Assembly: GCA_002269645.1 (NCBI GenBank)
Contig: NIVC01001597.1
Span: forward strand, 186,001-250,000
Source of the DNA: Macrostomum lignano
Lineage: Eukaryota
DNA length: 64,000 nt
Reading direction: 5' to 3'
A program made the position numbers and the translations under genes. This document shows positions 11,626-22,672 of the stretch, piece by piece (the stretch's first letter is position 1; every line of letters begins with the position of its first letter). The notes under the pieces are model-generated. The model was not told the DNA's origin and searched no databases. It worked only from the letters and a program-made list of their open reading frames with translations.

Positions 11626-11934
11626 TGCTTCATCAGATTAGCGTTGATGCGCTCAGTTCTTGCTCAACACGCGGCAAAAAATATTGCGTGCGAACAGACT
11701 AAACGCGTGTTAACTTCAACTTCCTAATTATTTGGCCCATAGAATAGTGACTACCTAACGCGTTACGTATATATATAGTGTTTCAAGCAAGGACTACTTA
11801 AAAATTCAGGACGTTGCACTCACGTGTGGTTAATGATGTCTTTTGATATGTCTAGCCAAATGGAATGGTATTTTTGAAAATGAGGTGCTATCGCGTGGTT
11901 CTAGTAGCGAAAATCGTCTACTTCAATTTGCATT

Positions 11935-12565
11935 ACTGATCAATCTGGTGTCGGACAATCGATGAGCGGGACGATTGCGCTCACTGACGACAGAGACAAT
12001 GAACGCGTTGTACTGAACTGTTTCAATGAGCACGGTAACCCAGGCCAAGAAGCGTCCCCAGAGTCATTTGCGTCGCTCCAGAGTCGTTGTAGATGATACA
12101 TATAAAATAGGAGATAAGTGACTCTAAACGACGAGATGTCGTCACGGTAAAAGTCCTCCAAAAAACGTCAAAAGATTCGCTCAAAAGTCAGTTTGAAGTG
12201 TTTTTATCGTCTGCGACTCTAATAACGACTCTGGGGCGACGCAAGTGTCTCTGTCGCGACGATATTAACAGACTCTGAGGCCGAAGAGTCGTATATGAGG
12301 CGTGCTTGAGTCGCTGTAGAATCAGCTGCGTTTGAAGCGCATTTGTGTCGCATACTGAATTGGAGTCATATCTCTAGCAAAAATTGAGCGCCGAAACAAT
12401 TCTTGAATGACTCTTTCGCGACTCTTTTACGATTCTACAACTCGCGTGACGCGCTTGTGTCGCAACAGCCGCCTCTCCGTCGCATTAGACGCGCTTTAGT
12501 CGTTGAAAAGTCACAAGAGTCGCCACAGAGTCTCTAGAGTCACTAGCGAGTTGTTGACAGGAATG
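11935..12565. mobile_element. Dispersed GAGTC/GACTC-rich repeat, copy 2, fused to the 24-bp satellite
   Basis: Homologous to 3765-4350 and 26000-26310. Confidence 0.75.
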
Positions 12566-12569
12566 TCGG

Positions 12570-14780
12570 CTTGAGTCTCCTCGGAATGTCAGTTTGAGTC
12601 TCTCACGGAATGTCAGTTTGAGTCTCTCACGGAATGTCAGTTTGAGTCTCTCATGGAATGTCAGTTTGAGTCTCTCATGGAATGTCAGTTTGAGTCTCTC
12701 ATGGAATGTCAGTTTGAGTCTCTCACGGAATGTCAGTTTGAGTCTCTCACGGAATGTCAGTTTGAGTCTCTCACGGAATGTCAGTTTGAGTCTCTCATGG
12801 AATGTCAGTTTGAGTCTCTCATGGAATGTCAGTTTGAGTCTCTCACGGAATGTCAGTTTGAGTCTCTCATGGAATGTCAGTTTGAGTCTCTCATGGAATG
12901 TCAGTTTGAGTCTCTCATGGAATGTCAGTTTGAGTCTCTCATGGAATGTCAGTTTGAGTCTCTCATGGAATGTCAGTTTGAGTCTCTCATGGAATGTCAG
13001 TTTGAGTCTCTCATGGAATGTCAGTTTGAGTCTCTCACGGAATGTCAGTTTGAGTCTCTCATGGAATGTCAGTTTGAGTCTCTCACGGAATGTCAGTTTG
13101 AGTCTCTCATGGAATGTCAGTTTGAGTCTCTCATGGAATGTCAGTTTGAGTCTCTCACGGAATGTCAGTTTGAGTCTCTCATGGAATGTCAGTTTGAGTC
13201 TCTCATGGAATGTCAGTTTGAGTCTCTCATGGAATGTCGGCTTGAGTCTCTCATGGAATGTCAGTTTGAGTCTCTCATGGAATGTCAGTTTAAATCTCTC
13301 ACGGAATGTCAGTTTGAGTCTCTCGCAGAATTTCAGTTTGAGTCTCTCATGGAATGTCAGTTTGAGTCTCTCATGGAATGTCAGTTTGAGTCTCTCACGG
13401 AATGTCAGTTTGAGTCTCTCATGGAATGTCAGTTTGATTCTCTCACGGAATGTCAGTTTGAGTCTCTCGCAGAATTTCAGTTTGAGTCTCTCATGGAATG
13501 TCAGTTTGAGTCTCTCACGGAATGTCAGTTTGAGTCTCTCATGGAATGTCAGTTTGAGTCTCTCATGGAATGTCAGTTTGAGTCTCTCATGGAATGTCAG
13601 TTTGAGTCTCTCACGGAATGTCAGTTTGAGTCTCTCATGAAATGTCAGTTTGAGTCTCTCACGGAATGTCGGCTTGAGTCTCTCACAGAATGTCAGTTTG
13701 AGTCTCTCATGGAATTTCAGTTTGAGTCTCTCACGAAATGTCAATTTGAGTCTCTCATGGAATTTCAGTTTGAGTCTCTCACGGAATGTCAATTTGAGTC
13801 TCTCACGGAATGTCAATTTGAGTCTCTCATGGAATGTCAGTTTGAGTCTCTCACGGAATGTCAATTTGAGTCTCTCACGGAATGTCAATTTGAGTCTCTC
13901 ATGGAATGTCAGTTTGAGTCTCTCACGGAATGTCAGTTTGAGTCTCTCATGGAATTTCAGTTTGAGTCTCTCATGGAATGTCGGCTTGAGTCTCTCACGG
14001 AATGTCAGTTTGAGTCTTTCACGGAATTTCAGTTTGAGTCTCTCACGGAATGTCAGTTTGAGTCTCTCATGGAATTTCAGTTTGAGTCTCTCATGGGATG
14101 TCAGTTTGAGTCTCTCATGGAATGTCAGTTTGAGTCTCTCACGGAATGTCAGTTGGAGTCTCTCTTGGAATTTCAGTTTGAGTCTCTCATGGAATGTCAG
14201 TTTGAGTCTCTCATGTAATGTCAGTTTGAGTCTCTCATGTAATGTCAGTTTGAGTCTCTCATGTAATGTCAGTTTGAGTCTCTCACGGAATGTCAGTTTG
14301 AGTCTCTCATGTAATGTCAGTTTGAGTCTCTCACGGAATGTCAGTTTGAGTCTCTCATGTAATGTCAGTTCGAGTCTCACAGAATGTCAGTTTGAGTCTC
14401 TCATGTAATGTCAGTTTGAGTCTTTCGCAGAATGTCAGTTTGAATCTCTCACGGAATGTCAGTTTGAGTATCTCACGGAATGTCAGTTTGAGTCTCTCAC
14501 GGAATGTCAGTTTGAGTCTCTCATGGAATGTCAGTTTGAGTCTCTCATGGAATGTCAGTTTGAGTCTCTTATGGAATGTCAGTTTGAGTCTCTCATGGGA
14601 TGTCAGTTTGAGTCTCTCATGGAATGTCAGTTTGAGTCTCTCATGGAATGTCAGTTTGAGTCTCTCATGGAATGTCAGTTTGAGTCTCTCATGGGATGTC
14701 AGTTTGAGTCTCTCACGGAATGTCAGTTTGAGTCTCTCTCGCGGAATGTCAGTTTGAGTCTCTCTCATGGAATGTCATTT
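12570..14780. repeat. Satellite, 24-bp unit GAATGTCAGTTTGAGTCTCTCA(C/T)G, ~90 copies
   Basis: Continuous tandem array. It explains the 631/521/348-aa periodic ORFs, which are open in several frames on both strands. Confidence 0.97.
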
Positions 14781-15148
14781 TAGTCTCTCTTGTGGAATTT
14801 TTGGCAAGGAGAGGCTTTGGTTTGTTGTGGCTGGTGCTGTTTTTTTATCACTCAATCACATCAGTCATCAATCGCATCACGATCGATTCCCGTAAACTAT
14901 TCCTGAACATAAATGTAGTGGCATAGCAGCTTACACCGGTCATGCGTCACGCAATAGACGGAAATGGTTAAAAATTTTAATGACGAGTTTATTGTACTGA
15001 GAAAAATTCATCAATGAAACAAAGGTTTTTGCCGCTGCTGCTCGCAGCCAATAGAACTGCATCTGCTGCTATTTAAAAGTGGGATCTTTGCTGCTGCTGT
15101 TGTTGCTGCAGCTTCTGTTAGACGCTCGACTGGTGTTTTCATCTCAAA

Positions 15149-15919
15149 ATGCTCCGCGAAGCCTCAACTTCTGCTGCAACAGAGGCAGCCATATTTTTTA
15201 TTCTCTTTGGTGTGACCGCTGCGTCAACTTGCAGCTCAAACTCATTCAAGTTCCATCCGATTCAAGGCTTTGACTGCGTCAACTCTGACTTCGTTGAGAC
15301 TCGACCTGATTGTAAAAATGAATTCTGTTGCTCATTTCTCTGCTCAAAGCGTACAACCTGTCAAGCATTCACCTTTAATGCTGCTCTGTGTCGCCTCTTT
15401 GTGTTCAACCAATGCAGCAAGAGAGTGAGAGACTGTGCCTGCACCAAAACTGCACGAATCTATGTGAAGAAGTACAATGGAGTTAGTGATGGCTCGCTGT
15501 GTCCAACCGAATACACACACGACCGGTGCGGCGTGAAGTACAAACTGCTGACCGATGTGAAGAAATGGCCAGAGCAAAAAGCTGCGTGTGACTCAGACAA
15601 AGGCTTGTCAATGATGGCTGATGTGATTGATGAAGCAGAGATGCTGCACATTCACAGTTTGGTGAGTCACGGTTGGACAAGTAGCTACCTTCACGTGGGA
15701 GGCGAACAGCAGCCAGGTAGCACGGAACCTGGCGGTGGCTGGCGCTGGCTCTGCGGTGAATCAGTGAACCAGAGCCTATGGCACAGCGCCCAGCCTAACA
15801 ACAATGGCGGTGACGAGTCGATAGTCTATCAAAAGAGAGGCAGCGGTAACGCCCTGTTCGATGGAGGTGTCAATCAACAGTTCCAAGGTCTGTGCGAATG
15901 TGTGTCCCCATTCACCTGA
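15149..15919 (+). CDS. Secreted PAN/apple-domain plus C-type lectin-domain protein, single exon, 256 aa
   Basis: Hydrophobic N-terminal segment (AIFFILFGVTAA). PAN-like C..LC....CQAFTF....CRLF. CTLD pattern CP..Y.....YKL......W......C ... LHVGG ... GWRWLCG......W...QPNN.GGDE ... LFD ... GLCEC. Downstream AATAAA at ~16047. Confidence 0.85.
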   Translation: MLREASTSAATEAAIFFILFGVTAASTCSSNSFKFHPIQGFDCVNSDFVETRPDCKNEFCCSFLCSKRTTCQAFTFNAALCRLFVFNQCSKRVRDCACTKTARIYVKKYNGVSDGSLCPTEYTHDRCGVKYKLLTDVKKWPEQKAACDSDKGLSMMADVIDEAEMLHIHSLVSHGWTSSYLHVGGEQQPGSTEPGGGWRWLCGESVNQSLWHSAQPNNNGGDESIVYQKRGSGNALFDGGVNQQFQGLCECVSPFT

Positions 15920-16460
15920 AGGATCTTACTAAGAGTCGGGAGTTATTTTTACAAAGAATCGAGTCTAGCGAGTTAATTTTCAGTCGGGGAAGTTGTTTGG
16001 TATGGAGCAGGTATCGTACTGTATTTTCAATTTATGCAACTTAATTAATAAACTGATTAAAAGCTTATTATGATGGAAGTTTAGAAAGTTGATTACTACT
16101 CCAAAAAATCTCCAATAAATCTTGATATTTTACGATTTTGTAGCAGATTTTCTCAACTAAACTTTTGATCTCTTTTGTTAAAATTCTTATTGAAGTAGCC
16201 ACTGTCATGTTTTATCTCGCTTTACAATTTTCTCCTACAAATATTTGACTTTTTCTTGCAGATTCCCATGTACTTCTGAGTGGTTCAACAGCTTGCGTGT
16301 AGCAAATTGGTCTTATTAGGAAACCTGCGATCTTTGTTTACTAATTCAAATATACTTTTGTAGACCGAGCTATGACTCGAAAATATTTACCACAAAAATG
16401 ATATATAAATTCTGAAATGCAATTTGTTTAACTTCTGTTATTTTCATAGCTAATAACAAG

Positions 16461-16960
16461 TCAATGAGAAGCAATAACGAAGGCGTCCTGCCGACCATGG
16501 CTCCGAAGGCAGCGGCCCACCAGGGCGTGACGGTGCCAGCGGAGGGTGGTTCTCAAGAGCGGCGCTTGCGAGCGGGTCGCAGCAGCTCTGGGTAGCGACA
16601 CCCGAGAGCGTTGCACAGCAGCCGATGGTAGGAGGCAGTCAGAGCAGCAGAGCGGGTTGCTGTCATGGAAACGGCCTCCAGCCCATAGAGCAGAATGGGC
16701 TCCACAGCTCCCCTGAACAGCCGGATCTTCAAGTGGCGCTGGAGTGGAAAACCTGTCGCAGTTGGTGGAGGCACGCCAAGCCTGGTGAATGATGACATTG
16801 GGTTGCATGACCGGAACGCCGAGGGGCTTAAAGTCCTGGCAGACAGTTATTGTCTCCCCATTGAGCAGCGTCAGAGGCGGGGCAATCTCAGTGCCCACAT
16901 GAAGCACCTCGGTCTTCTTGGCGCTGATCTGCAGACCCACGTGGGCACCCTCCTCGACTT
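16461..16960 (-). mobile_element. Degenerate non-LTR retrotransposon (RTE-like) RT C-terminal fragment
   Basis: Frameshifted peptides GLQISAKKTEVL and KIRLFRGAVEPILLYGLE match the LINE RT thumb region, and are similar to the fragment at 46035-46560. Confidence 0.7.
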
Positions 16961-17912
16961 TATTGCTCTCAGGACCTCAGGAGGCCACGAGCTGCGGGAC
17001 GAACAGCAGGGGGAGGGGGAGAGGAGAGGAAACTACGGTGGGTCCATTGGATGTTGTGGACGAAGGCCACAGAAGCGCCGTACATGTCCATGACTGCCCG
17101 CGCTGAGCGAGCAGTCAGGCTATGGCCAGCCTGGTGTCTCTATAAGGTCACCTTACCCTATAGTGTCTATCCAATTATCCGTTATTGGCTCCAAGAGCAC
17201 CTCCTCGGTAATTACTCTAAGGGTACTGCTATACTCGTAGTTCTGACAGATTATATCTACTTCGGGTACCAAATTACTATACAATTTTGCAGTCAATTTC
17301 ATAAGCGACAGTTTTTTTAGCGGTTGTGAAGTTCCGCGTTTTTGAACGCAAACTTGGCATAGCATTATATTAATAAAGTTAAAATTCAGCTACCATTCCT
17401 GCACAACGCTGCAAAGCAGAACTGCTGTATTCAGCAGTAGAGAAAAAGTTTGATTCCCAATTTTTTAATTCATCATTGACAGGTTTGAACAGGCCAGAAA
17501 ATAATGTGCTTGTTGCTTGGCTGCATTCAAAGAGCTGCAGCAGCAGCGAAAACTGCAACAGAAATTCCATTGTCTCGAAAGGATGTTGCTTGAGGTGGGA
17601 GAATAGGGAACAGGGCGCCAACCCCACTCTCAAACTTTGAGAGCTTTCCCCAAATAGCAATAGTTTCCACTCTTAGTTTTTTAATTGCGTAAAATTCCGT
17701 CAAGTCTTCGGGCGCGCATCTATAGGATATTCTTAAGGGGCAAATTTGTCATCGTCATTCATCATCATCGCCTCAACAACCTCAATGCTGGCAGCAGCAG
17801 CAGCACGGATCAGTAAAGTTTCTTTGCAAACCCAATTAAGCAGCCAGCCAGCAAGAAAATAAATAATTTATAAGGCAGTCGCCAAAAATCCAATGACTGC
17901 AGCAGCAGCAGA

Positions 17913-18741
17913 ATCGCTTTTGACGATCTAAATGAGACTTTGGACAATCAAAACGGGACGCCATAGACATTCAAGCCAGGCCACAGATCGCACCCTAGTC
18001 ATGAACTTTAGCAGTTTAGCAAAGTCTACTGAGAGAGGCTTGGCCATAGACTATAACTTTGGACATTCAATATGGGAAAAAGCCTTTCAAAACGGGAATC
18101 GGACTGAGATTTCATGGCTCTCTGTCCCTCCCTCCCCTGTTTGCTCGTCTTTGGCCTGAAAGCGACGCCATTCAGTGGCGCCACCAATTCTTGTAGCAGA
18201 TCGCCAGCGGCTGATTGATGCGATTGAACAAGGGTCATCCATCGCAGGAGCTGCAAGAATTCTCTCATTTCCGGATCGGCTTTGCACGATCCAATTCTTT
18301 CCGACCACAGCGAGGAAGGGATTCCACTCTGCCATCGAGTCCAAAGTTGGCAGCGATTTGGAATGCGGTTGTTTTCTTGATTTTCAGGAATTCTTGCAGC
18401 TCCTGTGATGGATGACCCTTGTTCAATTGCATCAATCAGCCGCTGGCGATCTGCTACAGGAATTGCGGGAATTGAATGGGGTCGCTTTCAGACCAAAGAC
18501 GAGCACACAGGAAAGGGAAGGGACAGAGAGCTGTAAAATCTCAGTCCGATTCCTGTTTTGAATGGCTTTTTCCCATATTGAATGTCCAAAGTTGTAGTCT
18601 ATGGCCAAGCCTCCCTCAGTAGACTTTGCTAAACTGCTTAAGTCCATGACTATAGGGTGCGATCTGAGTGGGGCCTGGCTTGAATGTCTATGGCGTCCCG
18701 TTTTGATTGTCCAAATTCCCATTCAGATCGTCAAAAGCGAT
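17913..18741. repeat. Long inverted repeat: ~350-bp arms (17913-18262 / 18388-18741) with a ~125-bp spacer
   Basis: For example caggagctgcaagaattc (18245) vs gaattcttgcagctcctg (18388), and atcgcttttgacgatct (17913) vs agatcgtcaaaagcgat (18725). Confidence 0.9.
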
Positions 18742-19576
18742 ATTGCTTTTGTCCTGCTATGTGGAACATGTAGTGGGCATGCAAAACGGAACGGCCCATT
18801 TAAAATTCTATGGCCAAGCGTTTAAACTACTGAGACAGCAAGCCACAGACAACTCGATTTGTCAAGCTAGATGGAACGATAAGCCAGAATCGAAGGAACA
18901 ATTTGAGTTTTATTTACAGAAAGAATAAAAACTGAATCAATAAAGCATATTTTGTCACAAATTATAAGCATCAAAATCTACAAAAGGTCAAATCTCAAAA
19001 CAGATGTCGCTGCAAACACAATTCAAACATCTGTTGCAGCACAGCTCCAACCCAGCACTTGTCTCAGAAGTGGTTGCTTGGCCAATTAACGGCTTCAGCC
19101 GCCCACCTCTCGCTCGAGCAACATCTGCAATCTCCATACTTACTGATCGTGTCAGTTTCTCAGAATTCTTGTTGAAATTCCGTTCTGTGGGGCCATCCAT
19201 AAAACTTGCCCAGTTTCCGTTAGGGTCCAGCTGATGGCAGCGGTCTGCTACATGTAAGTGGCAGCTTCCAACCTGCGGCTTGTTCAAATGTTGACCAGAT
19301 GCGGTAAACAGCTAACAACTGGATACTCTAACAACACTGACACACCCTTGATAGACAGTCCACGGTGCAAGGCGGTGACAGTACGCTGGCGATCGCGTAC
19401 AGAAATTTGCGGACCCATTATGCTTAACTCGATTAGCCGATAGAAAAGGACTGTTGTCTCTGTGAAAAATTCAAACCGTTCCTTCTATTCTGACTCACCG
19501 TTCCATCTAGCATGACAAATCGAGTTGTCTGTGGCTTGCTTTCTCAATTAGTTCAAATCGCTTGGCTATAAAATTC

Positions 19577-20260
19577 GGGTCGCCATGATAAACCCGAAAA
19601 ATCACAACTCCGAAAGCACTTCCCATCATAAACCCGAAATATCATAAACCCGAAATATCACAAACCCGAATTATCACAAACCCGAAATATCATAACTCCG
19701 AAAAACAAAATAGCAACGCCCATCATAAACCCGAAGGGGGGCCGTAGCCCAGCGGTAGCGCAGCTGCTCTGGTGTGCCAGCGACCCAGGCTCGATTCCAA
19801 GTGCAGTCACATTAATTTGGGGCTGAATTGGAATCTCGGCTTGGCTCTGCTCGTGCAATTAACGGCCTTGAGAGCCAACCCCCCAAGGCGCAGTGAAGTG
19901 TACATGCCTAACGATAAATGAAGTTAGGGCCGCTGTACACTCCTGTGTGAGTGTGTGCCTGCGTACGTATCCGCGCGCTTGTATGCCTGCTCAGGGGAGT
20001 CGGCGGAATGGGCAGTAATGCCTCTCGCTGGTTGTGTGCCTATATGTCGCTTAAAGTGCGCCAGGGTGCACACAACCCCCTGCCTCTAATAAAAAAATCA
20101 TAAACCCGAAATATCATAACTCCGAAAACCAAACTAGTGTTGGACATTGCTAGAACTTTCGGAGTTATGATATTTCGGGTTTATGATATTTCGGGTTTAT
20201 GATGGGCGTTGCTATTAGTTTCGGAGTTGTGATTTTTCGGGTTTGCGATGCCCCCCCCAA
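19577..20260. mobile_element. Foldback-type MITE with internally repetitive TIRs (ATAAACCCGAAATATC subrepeats)
   Basis: aaacccgaaaaatcacaactccgaaa on the left vs tttcggagttgtgatttttcgggttt on the right. Confidence 0.75.
19736..20096 (+). mobile_element. tRNA-derived SINE with A-rich tail and 14-bp TSD
   Basis: Head GGGGGCCGTAGCCCAGCGGTAG (A box) ... GGCTCGATTCC (B box), tail AATAAAAAAA. ATCATAAACCCGAA occurs at 19722-19735 and 20097-20110. Confidence 0.85.
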
Positions 20261-20899
20261 TTATATAGCCGTTACGTTTTGCATGCCCACTGTTCCACAT
20301 AGCACGGATTATTCACAGGTGGGAAAGAGCTAGAAAAATTGTGATTGCTGCTTAGCTGCACTCAAAAAGCTGCAACTGCAGCACTAACAGCCATAACTCT
20401 GCAACTGATATTCTATTATCTTGGAACCCCCTTTAGCAATCATTGCGCGGGGTGCCACATGCATAGGAGATGCTGAAGAAGGGATGAAGGGAAGCCCCCC
20501 CGCAGCTGCAGCAAGCTAATAAATAATTTATGAACTCTACTTGCAGCAGCGGTAACAGCAACTGGAAGTTATTTTTAATTAGCATTTGTCCAATAAAATC
20601 ATTAATTGCTGCGGCACCTATGCATATTTTTATTTAACTTCAACAGCAACTTCACTGTCACACGGTTACAAAGTCATCATTTCAAGGCAATGATGTGAAG
20701 AAATGCAGTGGTAATGTGATGCTGATTTTGAATGCGACTGAGAGTGCGATGCAGTTGTGAATGAGGAGTTAGTGAATGCTGCGACTTGTCGGTTTTGCTG
20801 TGCCTGGGGAGACATTACACGTGTCATCTGTGGTCGGTGACACAGTGAGAGTGCAAATGGGTAAAGTGAGATTGAGAGAGCGAGACAGAGAACATTAGT

Positions 20900-21085
20900 T
20901 AGTGAAAAAGAGAAGAGAAGAAAGGAAAAAAGAGGGAAGAGGAGAGGAGAGAGAATACACAGAAGAGCGTTGAGAAGAGATAGAAACCTTGATCAGACCG
21001 GATTGCTATTGTGAGGTTTCAAGGGCCGGATGAGAGGCTTAGCGGGCCGCATGTGGCCCGCAGGCTGCAGATTGCCGACCCATGC
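20900..21085. mobile_element. hAT-like MITE fragment (AG-tract family)
   Basis: Ends ...ggccgcatgtggcccgcaggctgcagattgccgacccatg. Homologous to 60500-60625. Confidence 0.6.
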
Positions 21086-21941
21086 GCTAAGGTGACCGAG
21101 CCGGATGCATCAGATGCACACATCCGCGTCTACTCTGTTCCTACTTGGTTATAGCAATCTATGTTTGCTTTATCGTTTTCTACACTTGAGTAAACGACAG
21201 TTATATTTCCTCTTTACCGCATCAACCTCCTCTTCTCTCCCTTGTCATCTGTTCCCCCTGGCTACCGGTTCCTAAAGACGGTTGTTCCAATAAAGATATA
21301 CCGATGAACATTCGAAAGCAAACCGCTATTTTCACATACAAATAAGCAGCATAAGAATTGCTCAGCAAACGTGCTGTTGTATTTTTTACAGATGTACTTT
21401 TAAAGCAATACAGCTAATTACACAGCGGCTTAACAACCGTCAAAGAGCAAAGAGTACACAATGATTGGTAGCATTGACAAACGGGAGAAAATGCAGCAAT
21501 TTAAAGACAAATTTACAGAGTTTTCAATTTCGTCAGCATTATGAAGGAAGCTGATCGGTAAGAGTTGAAAATAAATATTATTTAAATGTTATTTAAGCAG
21601 CATCGCATTGCAAGAGGTGATGTAGCAAGCAAGAAATAAAATCGCACCATTTTATCAGTAGCAACGCATTTGCCTACTCACCCACAGGAGTAGAGTGTAA
21701 CGAGTTAATTATTACTTTTAAAAAAAGTAAGAAAATTTGCTGATCTACAATTTAAACTGCGTTTGCCTCCCAATACAAGCTACTAACAGTAGCCAGTTGG
21801 CTGAGAGTGAAATTTAATTGAGCTGAAATGAATTCTACCTAAATATTACAGCGGCTTGTTGAAGACAAAAGAGTATAACAAATACTGCTGGGAAGTGGAG
21901 ACAGGAATTAAATATGGAATAAGGAGGTTAGATAACAGGGA

Positions 21942-22480
21942 AATTAAAGATTAGATAACAGGGAAATTAAAGATTAGATAACAGGGAAATTAGAGATTAG
22001 ATAACAGGGAAATTATAGATTATATAACAGGGAAATTAAAGATTAGATAACAGGGAAATTAAAGATTAGATAACAGGGAAATTAAAGATTAGATAACAGG
22101 GAAATTAGAGATTAGATAACAGGGAAATTATAGATTATATAACAGGGAAATTAAAGATTAGATAACAGGGAAATTAAAGATTAGATAACAGGGAAATTAG
22201 AGATTAGATAACAGGGAAATTAAAGATTAGATAACAGGGAAATTAAAGATTAGATAACAGGGGATTAGAGATTAAATAAAAGGGAAATTAGAGATTAGAT
22301 AACAGGGGAATTAGAGATTAGATAACAGGGGAATTAGAGATTAGATAACAGGGAAATTAGAGATTAGATAACAGGGGAATTAGAGATTAGATAACAGGGG
22401 ATTAGAGATTAGATAACAGGGAAATTAAAGATTAGATAACAGGGAAATTAGAAATTAAATAAAAGGGGAATTAGAGATTA
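21942..22480. repeat. Minisatellite, 23-bp unit GATAACAGGGAAATTA(A/G)AGATTA, ~23 copies, just downstream of the HP1 stop
   Basis: Tandem array is visible directly. Confidence 0.93.
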
Positions 22481-22672
22481 GATAGGATACCTAAGTTTAA
22501 TTGAGAATTAGAAAATGACCAACCAACCCCCAAGGTCAAGGTAAACAGACTTAAGATGCTAGCATTGGTAAAACAAAATATTAGCATGGGTGCGTGCAAA
22601 ACAGCTACCTGGGAAGCAGAACGTACAGAAGCACTAGAAACTACAGGTACTATTGTACAAATTATAATCAGT

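Larger units (their letters stand above)
18750..20310. mobile_element. Non-autonomous TIR element whose right TIR is split by a MITE insertion
   Basis: 18802-18920 is the reverse complement of 19459-19575, and 18750-18800 is the reverse complement of 20262-20310. Confidence 0.75.

Noticed and set aside
12485-14768. ORFs of 631, 521, 348 and 252 aa
   Set aside because: These are translations of a 24-bp satellite, open in several frames on both strands with an 8-aa period and no unique domain.
19736-19810. tRNA gene
   Set aside because: A and B boxes are present but there is no convincing cloverleaf. It continues into a SINE body with tail and TSD. The same applies to 55189-55260.
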